64,000 bases of DNA. Source: Thermoplasmata archaeon (lineage in GTDB: Archaea; Thermoplasmatota; Thermoplasmata; Lutacidiplasmatales; UBA184). The notes under the pieces are model-generated. The model saw nothing but the letters and a program-made list of their open reading frames with translations. It searched no databases and had not been told where the DNA came from. The DNA lies in assembly GCA_028864975.1 (NCBI GenBank), contig JAGWLG010000004.1, positions 32,001 to 96,000 on the forward strand. Direction: 5' to 3'. Below are positions 18,607 to 28,482 of this stretch, piece by piece. Made by a program: the position numbers and the translations under genes. Position 1 is the first letter of the stretch, and each line of letters starts with the position of its first letter.

Positions 18607-18982
18607 GTACCTCGGAGCCCCCACAGAGTGGCTGACCAGGGCTCGGAGCAACCTTGAGCTCGCGCACCGGGCGGTGGGTCCCGGGGTGTTGTGGGAGGAT
18701 CTCGCCTTCGAGGCCCAGCAGGCCGCCGAGAAGGCTCTCAAGGGCGTTCTGATCGCCCGAGGCGGCTCCTTCCGAAAGACGCACGACATCGGCGTCCTGC
18801 TTACTCTTCTCCGGAATGCCGGTGTCGAAGTGTCGCACGACCTCGATGCTTCGGTCCATCTAAGCCAGTACGCGTTCGCAAGCCGTTACCCGTCCGAGGT
18901 GCCTCTCACGGAAGCAAACTTCCGTGAGGCGCTGCAACTCGCCGAAGCCGTGGTGGCGTGGTGCGAGACGCAGGTGGCGTAG
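18590..18982 (+). CDS. HEPN-domain protein (module 3); start uncertain (ATC 18590 or TTG 18524)
   Basis: EWLTRARSNL, AQQAAEKALKG, KTHDI, SRYP. Confidence 0.85.
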   Translation: MSPEPEYLGAPTEWLTRARSNLELAHRAVGPGVLWEDLAFEAQQAAEKALKGVLIARGGSFRKTHDIGVLLTLLRNAGVEVSHDLDASVHLSQYAFASRYPSEVPLTEANFREALQLAEAVVAWCETQVA

Positions 18983-19083
18983 CCCGCTGTTGTCGTTCTT
19001 CCTCGCTCACGGCGATTTCTGGCCGCCATGCTTTGGGCTCGAGGCACCAACACCTTAATGGGTCCCGCCGTGGCGGCCCCTTC

Positions 19084-20550
19084 ATGCCGCCTCCACCGCG
19101 CCGCGTCATCCCGGTCGAGCGGCTCGACGACTGGCGGTACCGCCTCCCCAAGTCCACTGTCCCCGGGATGAACACCGACGGGATCCTCTTCTCGACGCCA
19201 AAGCTCGTGGAAGGATCCATCTCCGACGGGTGCTTGGAGCAGCTCGCGAACGTAGCGACGCTCCCCGGGATCCTCGGGAGCTCCCTCGCCATGCCGGACA
19301 TCCACTTCGGCTACGGCTTCCCCGTGGGGGGCGTGGCCGCCTTCGACCTGACCGAAGGGGTCGTCTCCCCCGGAGGGATCGGCTACGACATCAACTGCGG
19401 GGTCCGATTGATCCGCACCGACCTCACCGCCGTGGAGGTGAGGACGCGCCTTCGCGAGCTCACCCGAGCCCTGTTCGAGGCCGTCCCGAGCGGCGTGGGG
19501 AGCAAGGGCGGCGTGCGCCTGGACCACTCTGAGCTGGACAAGGTCCTGGAGGGCGGGGCGCGTTGGGCCGTGGAGCAGGGCTACGGCGTGGGCGAAGACC
19601 TTGAGCACCAGGAGGAGCACGGCAACCTTGCGGGCGCCGTCGCTTCCAGGGTCAGCGCACGGGCCCACGAGCGGGGCTTGAAGCAGTTGGGGACCCTCGG
19701 CTCCGGCAACCACTTCCTCGAGGTCCAGGAGGTAGCGGAGGTGCTCCGCCCGGAGGCCGCGAAGGCGATGGAGCTCGTTTCGGGCCAGGCTGTCGTCATG
19801 CTCCACACCGGCTCGCGCGGGCTCGGCCACCAGGTGGCGACAGACTACATCGCGCAGTTCGACGAAGGCTTGCGCGTGCAGGGGAAGACGCTCATCGACC
19901 GCCAGCTCTCCTGTGCGGGAGCGGACTCTCCCGAGGCCAAGGCCTACCTCGAGGCCATGGCCTCCGGGGCCAACTTCGCGTGGGCCAACCGGCAGATCAT
20001 CACCGACGGGGTCCGTAAGGCCTTCTCGAAGGTCTTCGGTCGGACGGCCGACGAGCTGGGGGTGCGCGTGGTCTACGACCTCTCCCACAACATGGCGAAG
20101 GTCGAAGAGCACGTCCTCCCGGACGGCGGGCGGAAGAAGGTCATCGTCCACCGCAAGGGAGCGACGCGCGCCTTCCCCGAGGGACGGGAGGAGATCCCCT
20201 CCCGCTATCGTTCGGTGGGGCAACCGGTCCTGATCCCCGGCGACATGGGGACCGCGAGCTACGTCCTGGTCGGGGCCCCCGGGAGCATGGAGCGTTCCTT
20301 CGGCTCGGCCTGCCATGGGGCAGGGAGGGTCCTCTCCCGCGCGGCCGCGACGCGCCGGTTCCGGTTCCGCGACGTGACGGAAGGCCTCGCCGCGAAGGGG
20401 ATCATCGTCGAGTCGGCGAGCAGGGAAGGGGTGACGGAGGAGGCCCCGGGCGCCTACAAGGACGTGCACGAAGTGGTCCGCGCGACGGAAGGTGCCGGGC
20501 TTGCCCGCGTCGCCGTCCGCCTCTCCCCGCTCGGGGTCGTGAAGGGGTAG
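19084..20550 (+). CDS. rtcB: RNA-splicing ligase RtcB
   Basis: MPDIHFGYGFPVGG, GYDINCG, GSGNHF, HTGSRG, HRKGAT, CHGAGR. Confidence 0.97.
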   Translation: MPPPPRRVIPVERLDDWRYRLPKSTVPGMNTDGILFSTPKLVEGSISDGCLEQLANVATLPGILGSSLAMPDIHFGYGFPVGGVAAFDLTEGVVSPGGIGYDINCGVRLIRTDLTAVEVRTRLRELTRALFEAVPSGVGSKGGVRLDHSELDKVLEGGARWAVEQGYGVGEDLEHQEEHGNLAGAVASRVSARAHERGLKQLGTLGSGNHFLEVQEVAEVLRPEAAKAMELVSGQAVVMLHTGSRGLGHQVATDYIAQFDEGLRVQGKTLIDRQLSCAGADSPEAKAYLEAMASGANFAWANRQIITDGVRKAFSKVFGRTADELGVRVVYDLSHNMAKVEEHVLPDGGRKKVIVHRKGATRAFPEGREEIPSRYRSVGQPVLIPGDMGTASYVLVGAPGSMERSFGSACHGAGRVLSRAAATRRFRFRDVTEGLAAKGIIVESASREGVTEEAPGAYKDVHEVVRATEGAGLARVAVRLSPLGVVKG

Positions 20551-20566
20551 CCGCCCTCGGGTCGGC

Positions 20567-23500
20567 TCAGAGATGCGCGCCGCAGTGCGGGCAGTCGCGG
20601 GCGCCCCGTGCGACCTTGCCGATGCAAACCGGGCAGACCTCGGCCGCCGACCCTGAGGGAGGGGGCTCAGTCCCCTCCTGGAGCGGGACGCTGGCCGGCT
20701 CGGCCCCTCCTTCGGACCCTACACGGTCGCTCTGGGCGTCGGTCGACGACCCGCTCGCGGGTGCCGGATACGGCGAGGACGGCGCGGCCGGTCCTCCCAC
20801 TTGGACTCCCTGCAGAGAAGTAGCCGACAAGGCGGCGGTCGGCCCCACCGGGGGAGCGATCATGTCCATCGGTCCGGGGGGTGGGGGGCCTGCGGGAGGT
20901 CCCTCCCCCGGTTCGTAACCTGGGCCGATCACGGAAGGGAAGGGGGCCAGGTCCGAAGGGGGCGGGGCGACGGCGAGCCGGGACCGCCCGCGTCGCCGAA
21001 GCACGAGAAGGGCCACGATCGCCGCCACGACCAGGGCTACCGTCACGAGGAAGAGGGGGCTCGAGAGCACCCCCACCATCCTGGAGAACACGGAACCTGG
21101 CGTGGTGGCCGCCGAGACGTTCACCCAGAGGGTCCGGTTGAACTCCTCCCCCAACGCATCGCTCATCCGGGCCGTGGCCTGGAACGTCCCGGTCCGGTTG
21201 AACGTGTGCGTCGGGTCGAGGGCTTGAGAGGGGCCCCCTCCATCCGAGAACGTCCAGAGGACCGCGTACGGGGCGAGCCCCCCGCTGGGGATCGCGTCGA
21301 GGTGGACCGTGAGCGGTGCGTTCCCCGAGGTGCGGTCCGCGCTGACGTTTCCTCTCAGCGGACCCACCACCGAGACGACCAGGGTCGTGGTCGCGCTCTG
21401 GCGCGAGGGCGTGGAGGAGTCGTTCACGTACAGGCGCACCACGTAGCTTCCGCGGGTGGGGTAGGTGTGCGTCGGAGAAGCGAGCGCCGAGACGTTCCCG
21501 TCGCCGAAGCGCCAGGAGTAGACGTACGGGAGGTTCCCCCCCGAGACGCCGGCCTTGAAGTCGACGGCGAGCGGTGGGAGGCCTGCGGGGGGGGTCGCTC
21601 GGGGGTTCAGCGTCAGCGGTCCCTTCGACACCGCGATGACGACGGGGGCGAAGGACGCCGCGCCATTGAGGTCGGTCGCACGTAGCGTCGCGGTGAAGTT
21701 CCCGGACCGGTTGTAGACGTGGGTCGGGTCCGGCGCCGAGGAGAGCGGAGCGCCGTCCCCGAAGCTCCAGCGGTAGAGGTAGGGACCTGTGCCCCCCCTC
21801 GCGCCGCCCGAGAACTGGACGGCGAGGGGAAGGACCCCTGACGTGGGCGATGCCGAGGCCATCGCGGTCAGGGAGCTGGCGCTCGGAGAGACCGAGAGGA
21901 AGAGGCTCGACGCGTTGGTCTTGCCCACCGCGTCCGTGACGGTGAGCGTCGCTCGGAAGGTCCCGGAGCCGTTGTAGATGTGCTGGGGAGCGGTGGCGCC
22001 GGACGGGGTCGAGAGGTCGCCGAAGTCCCAGCTCCAACGCAAGGGCCCCGTGCCTCCCACGACGGTCGAGCTGAAGGCGACCGAGAGCGGGGCGGTCCCG
22101 CTCGTGGGGGTCGCCGTTGCGCTGACCAACGGGAGCGGTGCCACCACCACGCGCGCGAGGGCGGTGGCGCTGAATCCCGCCGTGTCGTTGACATAGAGCC
22201 GGGCGTAGAACGTGACCGGGACCGTTCCCGTGACCACGTACGGGTGGCTGACGTTCGCTCCCATCGCGGGGGCACTCCCGTCCCCAAAGACCCAGGTGTA
22301 GGTGTAGGGGGGTGTGCCCCCCACACCGAGACCCTGGAAGATCACGGGGATCCCCGAGTCGGTGGGAGAGTTGGTCGCGGCCGCGGAGGCGGAGAGGATC
22401 CCCCCGCCGGCCGCGGGACAGGTGCCGCTCGCTCCTCCCACGTCCACCTGGACCATCGGGCTCTCGCCCGCCATCGGGACGGGAGCGGTCGAGTCCGTCG
22501 CCGTCGCGTAGGCGCAGTCGACCCCCACCGCCTGGTAGGTGTGGCTGGGCGAGGTCGCCCCGGTCGAGGAGATGTTCCCTTCGAACGTTCCGTCACCCCA
22601 GTACATCGTCCAGGCGAAGGGCCCTGTGCCTCCCGTGGGCGTCGCCGAGAACGGGACCAACTGGCCCACCGTCGGGCTGGGGGAGCTTGTGGTCAGGGTG
22701 ACCCCGAACGTGGACGTCCCCACGGAGATGAGCACGGGGGCGGAGGTCGTCGAGTTGCCCGAACTGTCGAAAGCGACGACCCAGGCGAGGTAGGAACCTG
22801 GGATGAGGTAGGTGTGGGTCGCCAGGGTCCCCGGCTGGGTCGTCGCATTCCCGTCCCCGAACAGGAAGGTGTAGGTCGGATAGGTGCCCGTGCCCCCGCT
22901 GGCCGACGCCGCGAACGTGACCGGGAGCGGAGCGCTTCCGCTCTGCGGACCGAGGGAGAGGGCGACCTCGAACCCGCCTCGCGGGGGAACGGGTCCTCCT
23001 CGCGCCAGGTCCGGCACCGCGTAGGCGGCCTTCGGGGTCCCGATCCCCGTGATCGGGTCCCACCCGGGGGTCGCCGAGTACCCGTTGTTCCCGGAGGTGA
23101 TGTCATGGAAATCGGTCGAGTAGCTCGTGGAACGGAGGATGGCGTAGAGCGTGGGGTCGAGCAGTCCGATGCCTCCTCCATGGATCTGGTCCGCGGTGGC
23201 CGCGAGGCCCGCCCACATGGGGGAGGCGTCGGAGGTCCCTTCCACGAGCCAGGTCTGGCCCCCTTCGACCATCTCGAGGTAGCTCCCGGCCGTGATCCCG
23301 ACGTCCGGGACCCCGCGCAGCCCGTTGTTGACGACGCCGAGGCCGCGTTGGTACCAGGGCTGGGGTTGAGGCGACCATCCTCCCCCGGCCCCTCCCCCGT
23401 TGTTGCAGCTGCTGCCGGAGAGGTTCCCGCTCCAGGCGGTCTCGCTGCTATAGCTCGTGCCGCTCACGGTCAGGACGGTCCCCCCCACGCCGGTCGCTGC

Positions 23501-24772
23501 GTCGTCGGAGGCCGGATAGTCCGTGGAGGCGGTCTGCGTCCCGTCCGCGGCTCCGCAGTCGCCGCTCGCGGCGAAGACACTGATCCCCTCGACCGCGGCT
23601 GCCTGGAGGATAGGATGCAGGATGGCGTAGGTGCCGTCGGTGGAGGCGTTGCAGCTCGAGGAGCAAGCAGCCCCACCGTAGACCCCAACGTCCGGCTCGC
23701 CCCAGGAGAGCGAGATGACGTCCGCCACGTGGTACTCGACCAGGAAGTTCACGGCCTGGTAGAGCCCGAACCCCGAATCGGGGGAGAAGACGACGTCCAG
23801 ATTCGCCCCCTCGGCCATGACGTGCGACCATTCCATGTCCAGGGCGGTCTCGATCCCCCACCCGCTCGAGGTGCTCGCGTTCGGGTCCCGCGTGTCCGGG
23901 TCCGGGTAGAGGAACGAGAGCGAGGAGCTCGGAAGCGCGAAGTTCGCGTTGAAGGAGGCGTAGTCGCTCGCGAGCTGGGCCTGGGTCTCGCTCGAGTCGT
24001 AGTCGTCCACGACGGCGACCGTGCGACCGGCGCCGGTCTCGCTCTTCCCGATCAGCGTGGAGTCCCCGTAGGCGGATTGCACTTCGCAGGGAGTGTACCC
24101 AAATGTCCCCGTCGCGCAGGAAGCCCCAACCTCTGGGGAGCGCGGGCTTGAGAGAGAGAACGGACCGTTCACCATCTCGAGAGGTCGTGCATCCAGAGCG
24201 TTCGTGAGGCCGAAGCTCCCCGACACGGAGAGGTCAGAGGGCAGGCTCGGGGCCGTGCTCGGTCCGTAGACGACACGAGGACCCACCTGCCAGAGCTCGA
24301 GGGAGGTGTGGAACGCGGCGGACATCTCGGCCGAGGTGCCCGAGAGCCCCAGGGTCAGCCGGTTCGACGAAGGCTCGACCGTGAGGCCGTAGGAGGAGAA
24401 GTACGCCGAGGCCCGGTCGTAGGCGGAAGAGGAGGGCGAGAACTGGGTCGCGAACTCCGTTGGGGAGAGGAAGGTACGGTAGAGAGGGGAGTTCGGGGTC
24501 GACTCCTCTTGCACGAGCCGCGAAAGCTCCTGTGGGTCCCTCGTGGGGAGAGCGATGCCGGCATGCAGCGGGGCGGAACCCGTGAGCTTCCCGAGGTCCC
24601 TCGCCGCGGGGAAGATAGCCGGGATCGCGGCCCCCACGGCGTGGAGCATGGTGGGTGAGCCTCCGGCGATGGAGGTGACCGGAGCCGCGGCCGGGGGGAT
24701 CGCCGTCACCGACAAAAGCGCGAGGACGAGAACCGCGATGGGGAGCCCCCGATGTTGAGGACCCTTGGGCAC
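20567..24772 (-). CDS. Sedolisin (S53) protease with prodomain, about 7 PKD domains, TM and C-terminal double zinc ribbon
   Basis: ETALD, SGDCG, GTSDASP, DITSGNN, GWDPITGIGTP; repeated W/F-x-F/W-GDG; CPVC...CPHC tail. Confidence 0.92.
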   Translation of the reverse strand: MPKGPQHRGLPIAVLVLALLSVTAIPPAAAPVTSIAGGSPTMLHAVGAAIPAIFPAARDLGKLTGSAPLHAGIALPTRDPQELSRLVQEESTPNSPLYRTFLSPTEFATQFSPSSSAYDRASAYFSSYGLTVEPSSNRLTLGLSGTSAEMSAAFHTSLELWQVGPRVVYGPSTAPSLPSDLSVSGSFGLTNALDARPLEMVNGPFSLSSPRSPEVGASCATGTFGYTPCEVQSAYGDSTLIGKSETGAGRTVAVVDDYDSSETQAQLASDYASFNANFALPSSSLSFLYPDPDTRDPNASTSSGWGIETALDMEWSHVMAEGANLDVVFSPDSGFGLYQAVNFLVEYHVADVISLSWGEPDVGVYGGAACSSSCNASTDGTYAILHPILQAAAVEGISVFAASGDCGAADGTQTASTDYPASDDAATGVGGTVLTVSGTSYSSETAWSGNLSGSSCNNGGGAGGGWSPQPQPWYQRGLGVVNNGLRGVPDVGITAGSYLEMVEGGQTWLVEGTSDASPMWAGLAATADQIHGGGIGLLDPTLYAILRSTSYSTDFHDITSGNNGYSATPGWDPITGIGTPKAAYAVPDLARGGPVPPRGGFEVALSLGPQSGSAPLPVTFAASASGGTGTYPTYTFLFGDGNATTQPGTLATHTYLIPGSYLAWVVAFDSSGNSTTSAPVLISVGTSTFGVTLTTSSPSPTVGQLVPFSATPTGGTGPFAWTMYWGDGTFEGNISSTGATSPSHTYQAVGVDCAYATATDSTAPVPMAGESPMVQVDVGGASGTCPAAGGGILSASAAATNSPTDSGIPVIFQGLGVGGTPPYTYTWVFGDGSAPAMGANVSHPYVVTGTVPVTFYARLYVNDTAGFSATALARVVVAPLPLVSATATPTSGTAPLSVAFSSTVVGGTGPLRWSWDFGDLSTPSGATAPQHIYNGSGTFRATLTVTDAVGKTNASSLFLSVSPSASSLTAMASASPTSGVLPLAVQFSGGARGGTGPYLYRWSFGDGAPLSSAPDPTHVYNRSGNFTATLRATDLNGAASFAPVVIAVSKGPLTLNPRATPPAGLPPLAVDFKAGVSGGNLPYVYSWRFGDGNVSALASPTHTYPTRGSYVVRLYVNDSSTPSRQSATTTLVVSVVGPLRGNVSADRTSGNAPLTVHLDAIPSGGLAPYAVLWTFSDGGGPSQALDPTHTFNRTGTFQATARMSDALGEEFNRTLWVNVSAATTPGSVFSRMVGVLSSPLFLVTVALVVAAIVALLVLRRRGRSRLAVAPPPSDLAPFPSVIGPGYEPGEGPPAGPPPPGPMDMIAPPVGPTAALSATSLQGVQVGGPAAPSSPYPAPASGSSTDAQSDRVGSEGGAEPASVPLQEGTEPPPSGSAAEVCPVCIGKVARGARDCPHCGAHL

Positions 24773-24916
24773 ATCGTTTCGAGGTGGCCGGGGCTATATG
24801 ACCGTGCCCCGGGGCGTCGAGCGTAGGAGGGGACCCCAAGTCCCTCGCCTGGGCGGCCGGACGATGCAGGAGGGTAGGGTCCCCGCCGGGGGTAGGACCG
24901 TCTTGAGCAAGTGGCC

Positions 24917-26551
24917 CTAACTCTCGATGGACTCGCGGGCCAGGTCGGGTCGAAGGTTCTCCCCCCTTGACCCGCGGGTCGACCGTTGAGGCTTCCGACG
25001 ACCCACGGCTCGGGGGCGGGAGACTCGCCGCCTCGCGATCACGAGGAAGCTGGTGCCGGTCAAGATGGAGACTGCCGCGAGGACCAGAGCCACCTCGTTG
25101 AAGAAGGTCCCAAGGTACCACGGCAGTGGGGGGGGTGGGTAGGCGATCAGCAGGGTGGCCGGGGGTGGGCTGCTGGAAGAGCACGCGCTCGAGCATCCTC
25201 CGACCGCCGCGGCGAAGACGACCCACGTCGGTCCCCCGATGGCGCCCTTCAAGTCCGAGAGCGAGGAGCCGTAGGGGGAACTCCCTCCAAGCCTGAGCGG
25301 CGTGCGCGTGGGGGGCCCTGCGGTGGTGGCGCCGGGGGGCACGACCCAACGTAGGATACCACCCCCCTGAGGGACGACCTCGATCGCGGTGAGGCCGCCT
25401 CCCGCCTCGCTGCCCACCGCGCTAGCCGTGGGGTTCAGGCTGGGCTGGGGCGATGAGGGGAGGTCGGGGAGGGCCACCGGACCCTGGATCGCGGACCCCG
25501 GGAGTCCGTAGACCGCACCCCACATGGAGAGGTAGGCCCCGACCTCCGGAGAGGTGAGGAGGGCGGGCGTTCCCGAGAGGTTCACGGGCTGACCTGGAAC
25601 GAAGGTTCCCGGTGCACCGTTCGTTCCGGGATCGTAGGAGTACGGGACCGCCCAGTACCAGGATTGGACCGGATAGCAGCTCTCGACGCCCGGATTCCAA
25701 AGGGCGACGAGCCCGATCGAGGAGCCGCTCGCGAAGACCGAGGCGGAGGTGCTCGCCCAAGGAGGGTAGGGGCAGTTGCGAGCGAACGACGGGGTTACGT
25801 TCTGGGAAGGGGACCAGGTCGTTCCTCCGTCCGCCGAGATGGTCACATTGTCCGAGGTCATCCCGTAGGAGGTGCCGAAGTAGGGCCCTCCCTCGTAGTT
25901 GAACGCGACGGCTTCGAGGGACCCCTGGACCGCGACCGAGAGGCTCGAGAAAGGTGAGGCATTCTGGGCGAGGAGGCGAGGGAGACCCCAAGTCTGTCCT
26001 TCGTCCGCGCTCGACCATGCCTCCACCCGGTAGGGAGCATGGGCCGGGGCCGCACCGATGCTCGTGCTTTGGTACAACGGCACGGGCGACGTTTGTAATG
26101 TTGCCATGGCGAGAAGAAGCTGTGCCCCGTCCGCAGCTAAGGACAGGTCCCCCCACCTCCAGGGGTAGGGAGAGTCCGAACCCGGGATGGTGGGATGGGC
26201 CGGAAGCTCCGACCAATGCCCCCCCCTGTCGAGGCTCCGATACAGGCTGACGTTCGACCAGGCTTGACCCGTCGCCTTGACGGGAAGCAACGCCGCGAAC
26301 ACCGCGGACGTGGTATCGGCGAAGACCACTTCTTCGGAGGGGGGAAGAACGGTGGAAACGACGCTCGGCGCGAACGCGTTGTTCACGAGCTGGTACCCCG
26401 CATCGGCCGCGAGGGCGACCCCGACGGCCAGAAGCACCACGCCCGCGACACGCAGCCCCCTGACCTGCTCTCCACGATGCGTCAGGGGTGGGACGACGAC
26501 AGGAGCATCGTCCGGTCCTCCGAAGGAGGGTGGGTCGGCCGCGGAGCTCAC
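24917..26551 (-). CDS. Membrane-anchored Asp-box (sialidase-like/BNR) beta-propeller protein
   Basis: SLDRGGHW, SADEGQTW, SADGGTTW; hydrophobic segments near both ends. Confidence 0.7.
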   Translation of the reverse strand: MSSAADPPSFGGPDDAPVVVPPLTHRGEQVRGLRVAGVVLLAVGVALAADAGYQLVNNAFAPSVVSTVLPPSEEVVFADTTSAVFAALLPVKATGQAWSNVSLYRSLDRGGHWSELPAHPTIPGSDSPYPWRWGDLSLAADGAQLLLAMATLQTSPVPLYQSTSIGAAPAHAPYRVEAWSSADEGQTWGLPRLLAQNASPFSSLSVAVQGSLEAVAFNYEGGPYFGTSYGMTSDNVTISADGGTTWSPSQNVTPSFARNCPYPPWASTSASVFASGSSIGLVALWNPGVESCYPVQSWYWAVPYSYDPGTNGAPGTFVPGQPVNLSGTPALLTSPEVGAYLSMWGAVYGLPGSAIQGPVALPDLPSSPQPSLNPTASAVGSEAGGGLTAIEVVPQGGGILRWVVPPGATTAGPPTRTPLRLGGSSPYGSSLSDLKGAIGGPTWVVFAAAVGGCSSACSSSSPPPATLLIAYPPPPLPWYLGTFFNEVALVLAAVSILTGTSFLVIARRRVSRPRAVGRRKPQRSTRGSRGENLRPDLARESIES

Positions 26552-27032
26552 ATCCCACGATGCTCATCACCGCCCTATCTACCTTGCAAACTACCTTCCG
26601 CTCCGGGTAGTGGACCTCTTCCTGTGGGACCCCCCCGAGGAAGGCGCGGTGATTCCGTGGCCCGGTGCGCACGGGGTGAAAGCCCTGGGTCTCACCCTCA
26701 ACCCGCGAAGCGGAACGTCGCCGAGTCCACCGGATGACGAAGGCCGGGCTAGAACGGGGATGGTGAGGAAAGAGGGCACGCTCGAACCGGCAACGGAGGT
26801 CGCGCTTCCCAGGGAGGACTGGTCAAGACACGGGCTTCTCAACCCTCGAGCCGGGTTCGACCTGGGGGTCCCCCCGTGCCTTTCCGCCCCCAAGGGGCCG
26901 GCCCTCACAGCAACCCCGAGCCGTCAGCGATAGGGAGATCCTCGCCCTCCCGGGCCCGACGCCGAGACCTTCGGCAGACGTTAAGTCGCCCTGGGAGGTG
27001 AAGGCCCAGTACCATCCTCCGGGGAGCGCCTC

Positions 27033-28481
27033 TTGACCATAGATCTCAGCTACGTGATGGACGTCATTCTGCCGTACGTCATCGTGCCCCTGGTGGCGTA
27101 CATCGCCGTGCTCTTCGTGCTCGACCGGAAGGGGTGGCTGGGGAAGGACAAGCCCCTCGCCCTTCTCGGGCCGATCCTGATGGTCAAGACGCTCCACGGG
27201 CGCAAGCTCCTGGAGCGGCTATCGCGCTATCGCAGGTCCTGGAACCTATTCGGCGACTTGGGCATCGTCCTCGCGTTCGTCGGCATGGTCGTCATGTTCG
27301 CCTTCCTCCTGTGGGGGGCGTACCGGTCCTCGGTCCCGTCGACCGCCGTCAAGGCCCCGCTCAATGAGGTGGTCACGATCCCCGGCCTCAATCCCCTCTT
27401 GCCGATAGGCTACGGTCTCCTCGCCCTCGTCGTCGCCGTGGTGCTCCACGAGTTCTGTCACGGGATTCTCGCGCGAGCGAACGACATCCGCGTGAAGAGC
27501 CTGGGCGTGCTGTTCCTGGTGATCCCGCTCGGAGCCTTCGTCGAACAGGACGACGAGGACATGATGAAGGTCCCCGCGCGCAAGCGCGACCGGGTCGCTG
27601 CCGCCGGGGTGATGGCGAACTTTGTGCTCGCGTTCCTCTTCTTCGTCCTCATGGCGGGTCTCGTCGCCTCTTCCGTCCATGTGAAGACCTCCGGCATCGC
27701 CGTGCTGGGCGTCGTCTCGGAGAGCCCGGTGTCGAACGCCTCAGCGGCCCTGGGACCGGAGGGCCTTGCGCCGGGTGACTTCTTGACAGAGCTCAACGGG
27801 AGCGCGACCCCTGACTACCGCCACTTCCAGCTGGCCCTTTGGGAGACCCATCCGGGGGAGACCGTCAGCGTCCAGTGGTACTCGGAGTCCCGGGGGGGCC
27901 ATGTCTCGACGAACGTCACCCTCGGTGCCGCGGTCCACTGGTACGACGTGACGAAGTTGAACGCCTCCCAGATCCGCTCGCTGACGACGCTGTCGTTCCT
28001 CGGGTTCGAGCCCGCTTCCGTTCCCCCCTCCGTTCTCTTGGGCGTGCTCGCCAAGGGCCCGGCCGCGACGGGGACAGGAGCGTCGCTCAACACGAGCGAC
28101 GTCGTCGCCTCTTCCGCCCTCTTCCTCGCCCTGCCCATCACGAGCGAGATGCCCCTGCAGGGCGCGAGCGCCCAGTTCTACACCGTGGACGGTCCGCTCG
28201 GCGCCCTGGGGGCCGGGAACGTCTGGGTCGTGATCAACACGCTCTACTGGTTGGTCTGGGTCAACCTCCTCCTCGGTATCTTCAACGCGCTCCCCGCGGT
28301 GCCCCTCGACGGGGGCTTCCTCTTCCGCGACGTCGCGACGGGAGCGGTCCGCCGTCTCCGCCCCGCCTGGACCCAGGGGAAGACGGAGAAGGCCGTGAAC
28401 ATGCTGAGCATCTTTGCGACGCTCCTCGTCTTCTTCCTGATCCTCTGGGAGCTCGTCGCCCCGTACCTCCTCAACCCGTAG
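27033..28481 (+). CDS. Site-2 protease (M50) with PDZ-like domain
   Basis: HEFCH zinc motif, NALPAVPLDGG, multiple TMs. Confidence 0.93.
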   Translation: MTIDLSYVMDVILPYVIVPLVAYIAVLFVLDRKGWLGKDKPLALLGPILMVKTLHGRKLLERLSRYRRSWNLFGDLGIVLAFVGMVVMFAFLLWGAYRSSVPSTAVKAPLNEVVTIPGLNPLLPIGYGLLALVVAVVLHEFCHGILARANDIRVKSLGVLFLVIPLGAFVEQDDEDMMKVPARKRDRVAAAGVMANFVLAFLFFVLMAGLVASSVHVKTSGIAVLGVVSESPVSNASAALGPEGLAPGDFLTELNGSATPDYRHFQLALWETHPGETVSVQWYSESRGGHVSTNVTLGAAVHWYDVTKLNASQIRSLTTLSFLGFEPASVPPSVLLGVLAKGPAATGTGASLNTSDVVASSALFLALPITSEMPLQGASAQFYTVDGPLGALGAGNVWVVINTLYWLVWVNLLLGIFNALPAVPLDGGFLFRDVATGAVRRLRPAWTQGKTEKAVNMLSIFATLLVFFLILWELVAPYLLNP

Positions 28482-28482
28482 C

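Noticed and set aside
26806-26866. tRNA-Glu-like fragment (TGGTCAA...CTC...GGGTTCGA)
   Set aside because: T-arm and acceptor stems do not pair properly; kept only as part of the structured-gap finding.
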